This document shows, piece by piece, positions 1-10,115 of a DNA stretch of 64,000 nucleotides. The notes under the pieces were generated by a model, which was not told the origin of the DNA, made no database searches, and saw only the letters and a list, made by a program, of their open reading frames with translations. Numbering within the stretch: the stretch's first letter is position 1; each line of letters opens with the position of its first letter. The DNA is taken from the NCBI GenBank assembly GCA_963842525.1, contig CAWJGT010000001.1:64001-128000 (forward strand). The letters run 5' to 3'. This DNA comes from an uncultured Holophagales bacterium. Its GTDB lineage: Bacteria > Acidobacteriota > Thermoanaerobaculia > Multivoradales > UBA5704. A program made the translations under genes and the position numbers.

Positions 1-279
1 CTGTCGTCCATTACCCACGTCGCCAACGTGAAGACCCCCCTGATGCTGATCGAGGGGGAGGACGACCTCCGCACCCCGGCCTCGGCCGGCGGCGAGCAGA
101 TGTTCCGGGCCCTCAAGTACCTGAAGAGGCCGACCGTCATGGTGCGCTTCCCCGGAGAGACCCACGAGCTCTCCCGCTCCGGCCAGCCCTGGCACCGGAT
201 CGAGCGGCTGCAGCACATCCTGAGCTGGTTCGACAAGTACCTGCTGGGGAAGAAGATCGACCTCTACGACGCGCCGTGA
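1..279 (+). CDS. S9 family (prolyl oligopeptidase/acylaminoacyl peptidase) C-terminal part, truncated by window start
   Basis: Open from base 1; [23 protein letters not shown] (catalytic Asp) and [13 protein letters not shown] (catalytic His) match the S9 C-terminus. Confidence 0.9.
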   Translation: MSSITHVANVKTPLMLIEGEDDLRTPASAGGEQMFRALKYLKRPTVMVRFPGETHELSRSGQPWHRIERLQHILSWFDKYLLGKKIDLYDAP

Positions 280-869
280 CGCGGCACCTGCTGCAAGATC
301 TCTTCGAGGCAGGCGGTGAGCCTTCGGAACGAGGCACACCGCCTGATCGCGAGGTCGAGGTCCATCTGGGCAGCGAAGGCCGGTGCATCGTCGCGCTCGA
401 GGTACTTTCGTCTCCCGACCATGTTGCTCGTCAGCCGTTGCTTCGCACCACGGATGCTTTCCGGATGTTCCGGTGCCCTGGCGTCTTCTCGAATGCCACG
501 AACGCCGCGAAGAGAGTCCTTGCTCCCCAGGAACCAGGCCTCGAATTCCCGGGTGGCTGCCACGACGGCGGCCGGCAGAGGCGTGGTCGCCCGGCATCTT
601 TCCAAGAGCGTCGTCTCGAGCCTCGCCGGGTCATCATCGTCCGCATCGAGGACCACCAGGACGGCGACAGTCCCCCTCCGGGATCTGACTCCCTGGATCA
701 AGGCTCTCTCCAATTCGCCCGTGCAGAGTATCCGGTGTCGTCCCACCCGGAAGGGCGGGGCGACAGCAATGTCTGATCGATCAACGCGAGCCAGTAGACG
801 ACGCAACAGAACCGGGATCGCCGGGATCTCGGAATGGCCTTCGACGATCGGGAGGATCGCTCTGTTCAT
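264..869 (-). CDS. DUF4276-like TOPRIM-fold protein
   Basis: IVEGHSE and VLDADDD (TOPRIM E and DxD) plus REFEAWFL; overlaps the upstream ATPase stop by 4 nt. Confidence 0.75.
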   Translation of the reverse strand: MNRAILPIVEGHSEIPAIPVLLRRLLARVDRSDIAVAPPFRVGRHRILCTGELERALIQGVRSRRGTVAVLVVLDADDDDPARLETTLLERCRATTPLPAAVVAATREFEAWFLGSKDSLRGVRGIREDARAPEHPESIRGAKQRLTSNMVGRRKYLERDDAPAFAAQMDLDLAIRRCASFRRLTACLEEILQQVPRHGAS

Positions 870-2065
870 GGAGTACTTTGCGTTTGGATCTCGCCGAAGA
901 GATCGACGCTCCCCGAGGAATCCTCCGCCGCCTGGACATCCTGGCTCAGCTCATCGATCCTCAGCAGCTCGCCGGGGGTATAGAGGTGTTCCCGGATCGC
1001 TCGCCGGCTCGCATCCGACAACGGGGCGATCTTCGTACGGCCATGCTCGATTGTGACGACACGGATCTGGTCGTCCCTCAGATCTTTGGAGTCGAGGATG
1101 TCGGGGCTGTGAGTCGTGACCAGAACCTGGCGGTCCTGAGCAGCATCCAGGAGGATTTGGACCAGCAACTCGGCAGCGGCCGGATGCACAGTCGCCTCCG
1201 GCTCTTCGATGGCTATCAGCGATGCCTGCCGAGGCTGGTAGACAGCGAGCAGAAGCCCGAGCATGCGCAACGTGCCGTCCGACATTTCCCAACCTGAAAA
1301 CTCCCCGGGATGTTCATGTCCGATGTCGTGATGAAACTCGATCGCGGCCTTTTGGCCGATGACGCGGGTATAAACCTTCCGGACACCCTCAGTAACATAG
1401 GAAAGGATGCGGCCAATGCGCTCCTGCTGCTCGGGTCGCGTTTCTTGGAGGAGCTTCAGGATCGCAGCCGCATTGCTCCCGGTCCGCTCGAGGAATTCTT
1501 CGGTTTCCAAGCTCTGCATCGAGCCGATTGTTTCGGGATCGATGGCATAGAAGCGCATCGAAGTGAGAAAGTCATAAACGGGCCGAAACTCCTCCACGGC
1601 CGCGGCAGCGAAGAGAGCCAACCGGTCCGGAGAGATCTGGGGGCGAATCCCAGGGATTTCCTGGAGGAAGCGGCCTTCGGCGACCTCAAAGCCGGTTGCG
1701 TCCTCATTCCCGGAGAGAATCCTGCAGCGCTCGCGCGCGACCTGGAAGCCGTTGGAGGCTCCCCTGGCGATCTCAAGGGTGTAGTCCGCGAAAGCGGATT
1801 CCGCCAATTCGATCAGGACACGGAATCCGAATCGGGCCGAGGATCCCGACGCCCACTGAGAGATCACTCTGGCTCCGCCGCGGTTGGCGAGCGCGTGATG
1901 TGGCGAGCTGTCCAGGCTCTCCTGCACGAACGCCAGTGCATCCACAAAGTTGCTCTTTCCGCTCCCGTTCGCTCCCACCAGCACCGTGAAAGGCTCCAGA
2001 TCGACCACCGCCTGGCCGATGCTCTTGTAGTTTCGGATCTGGACTTGCCGGATTCTCGGGATCAT
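866..2065 (-). CDS. AAA_21/ABC-type ATPase (COG4637-like)
   Basis: IRNYKSI start, Walker A GANGSGKSN, signature-like MSDGTLR, Walker B/D-loop IEEPEATVHP, H-loop TTHSP. Confidence 0.9.
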   Translation of the reverse strand: MIPRIRQVQIRNYKSIGQAVVDLEPFTVLVGANGSGKSNFVDALAFVQESLDSSPHHALANRGGARVISQWASGSSARFGFRVLIELAESAFADYTLEIARGASNGFQVARERCRILSGNEDATGFEVAEGRFLQEIPGIRPQISPDRLALFAAAAVEEFRPVYDFLTSMRFYAIDPETIGSMQSLETEEFLERTGSNAAAILKLLQETRPEQQERIGRILSYVTEGVRKVYTRVIGQKAAIEFHHDIGHEHPGEFSGWEMSDGTLRMLGLLLAVYQPRQASLIAIEEPEATVHPAAAELLVQILLDAAQDRQVLVTTHSPDILDSKDLRDDQIRVVTIEHGRTKIAPLSDASRRAIREHLYTPGELLRIDELSQDVQAAEDSSGSVDLFGEIQTQSTP

Positions 2066-2175
2066 GGCCGTACCCGCTTCACGATATCAGACCTTCCAGA
2101 CTGTTGCTCCTGCCGCGGAACGTGTAAAATGCTTCCGCAGCATATCAAGCGCGGCAGGAGCCCTGGAGGCCCTCG

Positions 2176-3781
2176 ATGAACCGAACTTTCCGACGTACCC
2201 TTGTCCTTTGCTTCGCCGTCCCGGATTTTCGCCGCGACCGCGGAAGGGCTCTTCCAGAGCGAGGACAGCGGCGCGAGCTGGGACCTGAATCCCGGCGTCC
2301 CGGCCGGGCAGGCCGGCGTTGCCGCCGTGGCGTTTGACCCGGCGTCGCCCGGCACGATCTACGCCCTCCATTCCGGAGGTGTCCTGAAGAGTGTGGATGG
2401 AGGCGCAACGTGGACGCTGAAGAACAGCGGCCTGCCGGCGGAATTCGATCGCCTCTGGAAGCTTGCCGTCGACCCGCGGACACCCGGCACGCTCTACATC
2501 GCCCGGCACTCTCTGCCCGAGGAGGAGGCGACCGTCTTCCGGAGCACGGATGGCGCCGCGACCTGGTCCCCGACGGCCGAAGGGCTACATGGACATCAGC
2601 TCTTCGAGCTGGCAGTGCATCCCGCGACCTCGATCCTCTATGCGGCGACGATGGACGGTGTGTTCCAGAGCAGCAACGGCGGCCAAACCTGGACCGCTCC
2701 GGCTGCGGGAACACCGGTCCGCCCGGCGCGGGCGCTTGCCGTGCCTTCCGGACCGGCGGAGGTGGTCTACGCCGGGGTCGAAGTGGAAGGCGTCTTCAAG
2801 AGCACCGACCGCGGCGTCTCCTGGCGCACCGTGAACCGGGGGCTCCACGGCCTGGAGATGGATTCTCTTCTGATCGCTCGCACCAACCCATCGATCCTCT
2901 ATGCGGGCGTCTCAGGATGGGGGAGTCTGCGAAGCCAGAATGGAGGAGCGACGTGGACGCGGGTGGGCGCTGCGTCGATGAACGGAGCCCAGGTCGATCC
3001 CTGGGTGATCGCCATCGATCCGAGCGATGCGCGCACCGTGTACGCGATCTCCGCCGGCAATGTCATCTGGAAGAGCACGAATGGCGGCGTGAGCTGGCGT
3101 TCCATCGCCGAGGAGGACATGGCCTGCCTGCGTCTGGGGAGCTTCGTGATCGATCCGATGGAGCCCGACAACCTCTTCGTGGGCGGCTACGAGAGCCAGT
3201 GTCCGGAACGGCGCGATGTGTGTCTCGGCTTCCACAGCGCCGACGCGGGAGAGAGCTGGTCGTGCCTGAAGAAGGCGCCCGAGAGCGGCCTGCTCGCGCT
3301 CGCCATCGATCCCGTCCGGCCGTCGACGCTCTATTCTATCGGCCTCTACGGCGACGTCGTGAAGACCACGAACCGGGGAAAGAGCTGGACGACCTTGGGC
3401 AGTAAGCTGCCCACCCGGGGCGGCGGCAGCTCCCTGGCCGCCACGTCGTCCGCGCTCTACGTGTCCCTGCCGGACGGCATCCACAAGAGCCGCGACGGTG
3501 CCGCCACCTGGACCCCGGCCCGCACGGGGCTCGGTCATCTCACCTTTGGCCTCGCCGCGACGCCGGCCAATCCGTCCATCCTCTATGCCGTCTCGATGAC
3601 CTTCGATCCGTCCGGGACCACCGAGTATGGTGTCTACCGCACGACGGACGCCGCCGGCTCCTGGCACCGGCTGACGAAGGAAGGCCTGCCGCCGGGACCG
3701 CTCGGCGCGGCCATAGCCCATCCGCGGTTACCACGGCAGGTCTTCGTCCTGACGCCGGCCGGCATCTATCAACTGAAATGA
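2176..3781 (+). CDS. Secreted BNR/Asp-box repeat beta-propeller protein (VPS10/sialidase-like); 5' end disrupted
   Basis: Many SxDxGxTW Asp-boxes in ORF 2201-3781; signal-like MNRTFRRTLVLCFAV from ATG 2176 is in another frame and joins mid-repeat near 2220. Confidence 0.75.
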
Positions 3782-3843
3782 ATGTGCGCGCGGGAGCACT
3801 TCCTGTAGAGTCAAATAAAACAGCTTTGCAGGAGGTGTTCCTG

Positions 3844-4509
3844 ATGTCCCAGCGGTTCCGTGTTGTCGTGCGAAGCGCTCTTGCCGTCCTGATCCTTGCC
3901 GCCGGGCTTGTCGCCCCTCTCCAGGCTGCCACCGATCCGACCTATGCCGCGCTCCGTGCCGCGAAGCCGGACGGGCGGAAGATCCCGGTCCAGGGCCTGG
4001 TGCTGGAGCGCGACGCCTTCCGGTTCCAGCTCGACTCCGGAGCGCTCCACCAGCCCGTGCAGGTCGCCGGCTTCAACTACGGCAAGTTCGAGAAGCTCGA
4101 GCGCAAGGACGACGTCAGCGGCCTTCAGGTGGAGGTCTTCACCGGCACGGACAGCCCCTACCTGGGGCCCCAGGCGGGAAAGGTGACCGCGTCCCGGCTG
4201 GCGGACAGCGCCGCCGTGGACGGGCTCAACTCCGCCCGCGTCTTCACCGCCTACTTCGGCGCGCTCCCGCAGACCCATGTGGCGATCACCCAGCAGGCGC
4301 AGTGGTCGTTCGGCCAGTCGTGGCCGTCGCTGATCTTCCTGCCCTATGTGGCCTTCCTCGACGGGACCCAGCGCAATGCCCTGGGGCTCACCGGCGCGGC
4401 CGACTTCATCAACCAGGTGGGGTTCCACGAGTTCGCCCACGTGGCCGACGTGCCCTGGTCAATGCCATGGGGGAAGTCCTGGCACGTGACTGACCGCTTC
4501 CTGGTGTAG
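3844..4509 (+). pseudogene. Internally deleted paralog of the adjacent M1 peptidase
   Basis: Colinear segments matching 4544-7048 (DPTYAALRAAKPDGRKIPVQGL; PVQVAGFNYGKF...HEFAH; VAD; RALVNAMGEVLARD* ending 4493) with large intervening parts missing. Confidence 0.85.
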
Positions 4510-4543
4510 AGTAGAATTCGTTGTTCCTCAGGAGGTACTGAAG

Positions 4544-7048
4544 ATGTCCACCACCCGCCTGTCTCCGTGGCGTACGCTCGCGGCCCTGGCCCTCGCCGCT
4601 GCGCTCGCCACCCCTCTGCACGCCGCAAAAGATCCAACCTACACCGCGCTCCGCGCCGCCAAGCCGGACGGCCGGAAGATCCCTGTCCAAGGTTTGGAGC
4701 TCGAGCGCGACGCCTTCCGGTTCAAGTTCGACTCCGGGGCGTTCCACCTGCTGGCCCCGGTCGACGGGCGCACCGTCGGTGCGGTCTTCGTCGGCCAGGG
4801 GAGCTATCGGTTGAGCCCGGCGACCCCCAACGAACGGCGGCAGCTCGCCCTGTCGTCGGGTGGCGGCCAGGACTTCGAGACGCTCACGGACAACTTCGAG
4901 GATCTGCTGCTGCTGTTTGCCGACGACACGGCGGAGGAGATCCAGCTCCACGCTCCTGTCCAGACCGGAGCGCCCGATCCGAAGGCGCTCCAAGTCCAGG
5001 AGGCCTGGCTCAAGAGGCAGCGGAAGGACTTCAAGATCAACTTCCACGTGCGCATCCTCCAGGACCTCCTGAACAGCCCGGGCCTGCGGAGCGGCGTCTT
5101 CCTGGCCCTGGTCAACGGCAAGAAACACCCGCCCGCCCTGGCCGCCGTCGATCCCAACGGCGCCGGCGCCTTCGGGCCCCTGCTCGGCGGGGAGGACACC
5201 CTCTTCCTGGTCGCCGACCCGAACAAGGGAGGCCTGTGGTATCTCAGCGACCGCCAGGCTGAAGTGGACCGCAAACGGGCTCTGCCCGAAAAGCGGCTCG
5301 CCGATGCCCTCGACTATCGGGTCGAGACCAGCATCGAGAAGGACACCGACGTCGCCGGGACCACCACGGCCCGCTTCAAGGCCCTGGTGCCGAACCTGCG
5401 GGTCCTGCCCTTCTACCTGCTGCCGGAGCTTCGCATCGGGGAAGCGTCGTACGCGGTCGAAGCCGCGGGGTCCGAGCCCGCCTGGAAGCCCGCCGCCTTC
5501 ATCCAGGAAGACAAGGAAGAGGACGCTGGCGCAGCCCTTATCTTCCCGGAGCCCCTCGCCAAGGACTCCACCATTCTGCTCCGGCTCTCCTACAAGGGAG
5601 ACGAGGTGCTGGAGGACGCCGGCGACAAGAACTACTTCGTCCTCGCCCGGGCGGCCTGGTACCCCGACCTCGGGATCTTCAGCGATCTCGCCACCTTCGA
5701 GCTGATCTACCGCGTCCCCGCCGACAACGAGGTCATCTCGGTCGGCCGCAAGGTCGAGGAGCGGAGCGAGGGCAAACAGGTCGTCTCGGTCTGGAAGACC
5801 GATCATCCTGTCCAGATCGCGGGCTTCAACTACGGCAAGTTCAAGAAGCTGGAGAAGCAGGATGAGACGAGCGGCATCCTGGTCGAGGTGTATACCAACC
5901 CGGGTACGCCGGACGGCATCCGGGAGATCAATGACCTGATGAGCCGGTTTGGCACCGGCGATGAATACATCGAAGGGGCGGAGGAGTTCTCCGGCGCGGC
6001 GCCCGGGGCGAACCTCGGCACGATCAACACCTCCAAGCTCGCCGAAGCGACGCTCGCCGACGCCCTCAACTCCGCCCGCCTGTTCACCACCTATTTCGGC
6101 CCCCTGCCGCAGAAGCACGTGGCCATCACCCAGCAATCGCAGGCTTTTTTCGGCCAGTCCTGGCCGTCGCTCATCTACATGCCCTACATCTCCTTCCTCG
6201 ACGGCACCCAGCGCCAGCGGCTCGGCCTCACGCAGGCCAGGAACTTCGTCGAGGAGGTGGGCTTCCACGAATTCGCCCACCAGTGGTGGGGGCATCTCAT
6301 CGGCTGGAGCTCCTACCGCGATCAGTGGCTCTCGGAAGGCTTCGCCGAGTTCTCGTCGAGCCTTGCCGTGCAGCACACGAAAGGTTGGGGTGCCTACTTC
6401 AAGTTCTGGCGTGACCGCCGCAAGGAGATCCTCGACAAATACCCCGGCAACGCCATCCCCCACTATCAGGCGGGACCGATCACGCAGGGCTCGCGTCTGG
6501 TCACACCGCGCACCCCGTCGGCCTACCAGACCCTGATCTACGCCAAGGGCGGCTATGTCCTGCACATGCTGCGCATGCTGATGTACGATCCCGCCTCGAA
6601 AGACCCCGATGCCAGCTTCATCGCGATGATGAAAGACTTCACCTCCACCTATGGCAACAAGCATCCGTCGACCGCCGACTTCCAGAAGGTGGTCGAGCGC
6701 CACATGGTGCCGGCCATGAACGCCACCGGCGACGGCAAGATCGACTGGTTCTTCAACCAGTGGGTCTACGGTACCGAGATGCCGCGCTACGTGGCCGATC
6801 TCAAAGTCGAGAAGGCGTCGGGTGATGAGTACCGCATCTCGGGCAACATCAAGCAGGAGGGGGTCTCCAAGGACTTCCGCGCCCTCGTCCCCATCTACGT
6901 CGAGTTCAACAAGAACGAGGACGCCCGGATCGGCATGATTCCCATGGTGGGAGAGACCTCCGTGCCGGTCGATGTCAAGCTGAAGCTCCCCAAAAAGCCG
7001 AAGCGGGCACTGGTCAACGCCCACGGAGAAGTGCTGGCCCGCGACTGA
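4544..7048 (+). CDS. Secreted M1 family (gluzincin) metallopeptidase
   Basis: Signal peptide; HEFAH-x18-E motif (HEFAHQWWG...WLSEGFAEF); YAKGGYVLHMLR; WFFNQWVYG. Confidence 0.9.
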   Translation: MSTTRLSPWRTLAALALAAALATPLHAAKDPTYTALRAAKPDGRKIPVQGLELERDAFRFKFDSGAFHLLAPVDGRTVGAVFVGQGSYRLSPATPNERRQLALSSGGGQDFETLTDNFEDLLLLFADDTAEEIQLHAPVQTGAPDPKALQVQEAWLKRQRKDFKINFHVRILQDLLNSPGLRSGVFLALVNGKKHPPALAAVDPNGAGAFGPLLGGEDTLFLVADPNKGGLWYLSDRQAEVDRKRALPEKRLADALDYRVETSIEKDTDVAGTTTARFKALVPNLRVLPFYLLPELRIGEASYAVEAAGSEPAWKPAAFIQEDKEEDAGAALIFPEPLAKDSTILLRLSYKGDEVLEDAGDKNYFVLARAAWYPDLGIFSDLATFELIYRVPADNEVISVGRKVEERSEGKQVVSVWKTDHPVQIAGFNYGKFKKLEKQDETSGILVEVYTNPGTPDGIREINDLMSRFGTGDEYIEGAEEFSGAAPGANLGTINTSKLAEATLADALNSARLFTTYFGPLPQKHVAITQQSQAFFGQSWPSLIYMPYISFLDGTQRQRLGLTQARNFVEEVGFHEFAHQWWGHLIGWSSYRDQWLSEGFAEFSSSLAVQHTKGWGAYFKFWRDRRKEILDKYPGNAIPHYQAGPITQGSRLVTPRTPSAYQTLIYAKGGYVLHMLRMLMYDPASKDPDASFIAMMKDFTSTYGNKHPSTADFQKVVERHMVPAMNATGDGKIDWFFNQWVYGTEMPRYVADLKVEKASGDEYRISGNIKQEGVSKDFRALVPIYVEFNKNEDARIGMIPMVGETSVPVDVKLKLPKKPKRALVNAHGEVLARD

Positions 7049-7300
7049 CCGGCCGGCACCCGGTTGACCCACGCACGGAGATTGCAGATCTCCGGGAGCA
7101 TGGCGAAGAGCACGATCGAACGACCGACCACTTCCCGAAGGTGCGTTGGATCGCAAACCTGCTGGCGGCGCGCCGCGAGCGAGAGCGGACGTAGTAGGAT
7201 CATGCCGTGCTCAACGGAATACTCGGCTCAATCGTATAGATTGGTAACGATGTAGCGTGCCCGGAAGCTCCGGGCCGCCATTCCCGTGGAGGACACATCC

Positions 7301-7552
7301 ATGATCGATCGGGTCCAGAAGGTCTTGAAGAGCCGTTTCTTCGCTGTCGCCCTCGCTCTGGCGCTCACCGGCTTGGCGCTAGCGGTCCCGTCGACCACGA
7401 ACGCCTGCCCACCGCACGAGATCGAGACGACCTACTACACCGATGCTTCGAAGACCGTCGAGTGTGGCTGGAAGATCATCACCTGCGGTTGCGGTGTCTA
7501 CCAGGAAGGTTGTGTGACGAGCTACTACACCCGCTTCACCTCCGCTTGCTGA
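7301..7552 (+). CDS. Small secreted Cys-rich protein (DUF6289-like)
   Basis: GGAGG RBS, signal peptide, mature part CPPHEIETTYYTDASKTVECGWKIITCGCG...C with six Cys. Confidence 0.65.
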   Translation: MIDRVQKVLKSRFFAVALALALTGLALAVPSTTNACPPHEIETTYYTDASKTVECGWKIITCGCGVYQEGCVTSYYTRFTSAC

Positions 7553-7645
7553 TCCTCCCTTTGCAGCGTTCTGGCGGGAGCGGCCGTGGAGCCTCGGGCC
7601 CCCGGCCTCCCGCCTCGCTGCTGGGAAGCTTTTGAGGCCTCGGCT

Positions 7646-7775
7646 TCAGCCTTCTCCTGCCTGCCTCCTGGGCCAGTGCAAGGACTTCGGCCTCTCCTCG
7701 GTCGAGGTGATTCAGGAGCGACAGTGCAATGACCGGGGTCGTGTTGACGACAACCGTCTGCGGCTCCTCAGGCAT
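7646..7775 (-). pseudogene. DUF3368 (PIN-like toxin) remnant
   Basis: VVVNTTPVIAL joined directly to LDRGEAEVLALAQE, then an out-of-frame AGEG* tail; most of the domain is missing. Confidence 0.7.
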
Positions 7776-8022
7776 TTGCCAAATCCTCGGCAAGCTCCTC
7801 GGGATCAACACCTATAGGAGACAGACCGAACCGGTTCAGGGCGAACATGAACTCCACTCGGCCGATCCCTGCAATTTCCGCCGCCCTTCCGGTGGAGACC
7901 CGACCGAGCTCGTAGAGCTTGACAGCGAGGAGCAGACGCGCCTCTGCCTCGAATTCCTCCGGGCTTTCTTTCAGGGACAGGAGGAGGTCATCGGTATACG
8001 GGATGGTCAGTGTTCGTGTCAT
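7768..8022 (-). CDS. UPF0175 family antitoxin
   Basis: LLLAVKLYELGRVSTGRAAEIAGIGRVEF...EELAEDL; coupled to the DUF3368 remnant. Confidence 0.85.
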   Translation of the reverse strand: MTRTLTIPYTDDLLLSLKESPEEFEAEARLLLAVKLYELGRVSTGRAAEIAGIGRVEFMFALNRFGLSPIGVDPEELAEDLANA

Positions 8023-8045
8023 AGGGGACTCCGATCCAGGGACGC

Positions 8046-8924
8046 TCAGAGCGAGCCCCAAAGGTGCAGTGTCGCATACGCCCGCCAGGGCCGCCATCTC
8101 TCGCCTAGGGCTGCGATCTCCTTCCCCGTGATCCCATCCCCCTGCGGCGTCAGCGCCCGCATCGCCTTCACCACCCCCAGATCGCTGGCCGGAAATGCAT
8201 CCCGATCTCCCAAGGTGCGCATGCGGACGTAGGACGCCGTCCAGGGGCCGATGCCGGGAAGGGCGAGGAGGGCGGCCTGGGTCTCCTCGGGTGGCGCGGA
8301 CCGCAGGCGCTCCCAGTCGAGCCGGCTGTCCAGGATCGCCTGGGCTACGCCATGGAGGGCCGCGGCCTTGGCGCGGGTCAGGCCTACGGCGGCGAGCTCG
8401 GTGGGTTCGGCGGAGGCGATGGCTTCGGGGCTGGGGAAGGACAGGAAGCCGGTGTCGTCCAGCGGCGGTGCGGGCGCGCCGAAGCGCTCGGTCAGCCGGT
8501 GGACGAGGAGGGAGGCCACGCCGACGTTCACTAACTGGCCGACGATTGCCCGGGCGATGCCCTCGAAGGGATCGATGTACTGCAGCAGGCGGAGGCCGGG
8601 ACGGTGCGGGACCAGGTCGCGGAGCAGGGGGTCCTTCGCGGCCAGGGAACGGAAGGCGGCGAGGTCGACGTCCAGGTCGAACATGCGGGCGACGACGGCG
8701 CGGAGCTCTTCTGGCGGGAGGTCCGGGGAGGACCGGGCCTGCAGGGAGAGCCGGCCGTCCCGCCCTTTTTGAATGCGCAGGGCGAGGACGACCGGTCTCC
8801 CGGCGATGCGGAGGCTGCGGAGGTACTCCTTGTCCGAGATCTCCTCCAGCGAGGGGACCGTCCGCTCGGACAAGAACTTCCAGGTCCAGGCGAGGTCGAA
8901 GTCCGGCGGCAGCGGGATTTTCAC
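8046..8924 (-). CDS. alkA: DNA-3-methyladenine glycosylase II (AlkA family)
   Basis: DPFEGIARAIVGQ, HhH LPGIGPWTA, DAFPASDLGV, WRPWRAYATLHLW. Confidence 0.9.
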   Translation of the reverse strand: MKIPLPPDFDLAWTWKFLSERTVPSLEEISDKEYLRSLRIAGRPVVLALRIQKGRDGRLSLQARSSPDLPPEELRAVVARMFDLDVDLAAFRSLAAKDPLLRDLVPHRPGLRLLQYIDPFEGIARAIVGQLVNVGVASLLVHRLTERFGAPAPPLDDTGFLSFPSPEAIASAEPTELAAVGLTRAKAAALHGVAQAILDSRLDWERLRSAPPEETQAALLALPGIGPWTASYVRMRTLGDRDAFPASDLGVVKAMRALTPQGDGITGKEIAALGERWRPWRAYATLHLWGSL

Positions 8925-10015
8925 GCCCGGTTCCGCGCTCCTTCCCGCTCGCGCTCTTGGATGCGCCGCTTGCGCTCCTCCCCCCAGCGGTAGCCGCCGG
9001 ACGCACCGTCTCCCCGGACCACGCGGTGGCAGGGGATCACCAGGGCGGCCGGGTTGCTGGCGCAGGCCTGGGCTACGGCGCGGGCGGCTCCGGGCCGGCC
9101 GAGGGCTGTTGCGACCTCGCCATAGGAGCGGGTCTCGCCGTAGGGGATCTCCCGGAGCGCCTTCCAGACCCTCTCCTGGAAGGCGGTTGCCTGGAGGTCG
9201 AGGGGCAGGCGGAGGTCCGGGGAGGCCCCTTCCAGGTAGCGGACCACCTCGCCGATGCGCTTGCGCAGCCCTTCGTCCGCCTCGCCGGCGCGCTCGATCT
9301 CGGCCCGGGGATACTCGCGCTGCAGGGCCGCCGCGAGGTCCTCGTCCGAGTCACCGAGCTGCACGGCGCAGACTCCCCGGTCGGTCATGGCCACGAGCAG
9401 CCGGCCGAGCGGCGACGGCGCGGTGCCGTAGCGGATCCGCATGCCGGGGCCGCCGCGGCGGTAGGTCGCGGGGGTCATGCCGAGCCGGGCGTCCGACTGC
9501 TCGTAGACCCGGCTGCCGGAGCCGAAGCCTGCCTCATAGGTGGCGGTGGTCACGTCGTCTCCCTGCTGGAGCCGCTCCTTGAGCCTGTCCAGCCGGCGCG
9601 CCCTGGCGAGCTCGCGGGGAGACACCCCGGTCAGCCGCTTGAACGTCCGCTGCAGGTGCCAGGGGCTCATGCCGACCTCCTGGCCGAGCTTCTCCAGGGT
9701 GACCGGCTCGTCGAGGTGCTCTTCGAGGTACGCGCTGACCCTCTCGACCAGGCGCGCCGCATCGGAGTCCGCGTTCCTGGGCCGGCAGCGCCGGCAGGCC
9801 CGGAACCCCGCCCGCTCCGCCTCGTCCGGCCCCGGGAAGAACCGCACTCCTTCCCTCCGCGGCCGCCGTGACGGGCACGACGGCCGGCAATAGACACCGG
9901 TCGACGCCACCGCATAGACGAACTGGCCGTCCATCCGGGTGTCTCTCGCCATCACGGCGGTCCAGGCTGTCTGCTCTTCGATCATTCCTCGTTCCAAAAC
10001 GTTCGTCGCTATCAT
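8921..10015 (-). CDS. ada: Bifunctional Ada regulator / O6-methylguanine-DNA methyltransferase
   Basis: CRPSC...GFRACRRC zinc site, AraC HTH, IPCHRV active site; AGGAG RBS before ATG 10015. Confidence 0.95.
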   Translation of the reverse strand: MIATNVLERGMIEEQTAWTAVMARDTRMDGQFVYAVASTGVYCRPSCPSRRPRREGVRFFPGPDEAERAGFRACRRCRPRNADSDAARLVERVSAYLEEHLDEPVTLEKLGQEVGMSPWHLQRTFKRLTGVSPRELARARRLDRLKERLQQGDDVTTATYEAGFGSGSRVYEQSDARLGMTPATYRRGGPGMRIRYGTAPSPLGRLLVAMTDRGVCAVQLGDSDEDLAAALQREYPRAEIERAGEADEGLRKRIGEVVRYLEGASPDLRLPLDLQATAFQERVWKALREIPYGETRSYGEVATALGRPGAARAVAQACASNPAALVIPCHRVVRGDGASGGYRWGEERKRRIQEREREGARNRA

Positions 10016-10115
10016 AGCCGTCTCCTTTCCCGATGTCCGAAGGCTACGCGGACGGGAGACGGCGGACCATCCGCGCCTTGCGGTCAAAGCACTGATCTTT
10101 CGCTAGGATGCTCGC

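Noticed and set aside
3844-7048. Diversity-generating retroelement template/variable repeat pair
   Set aside because: Differences between the copies are not adenine-specific and there is no reverse transcriptase in the window
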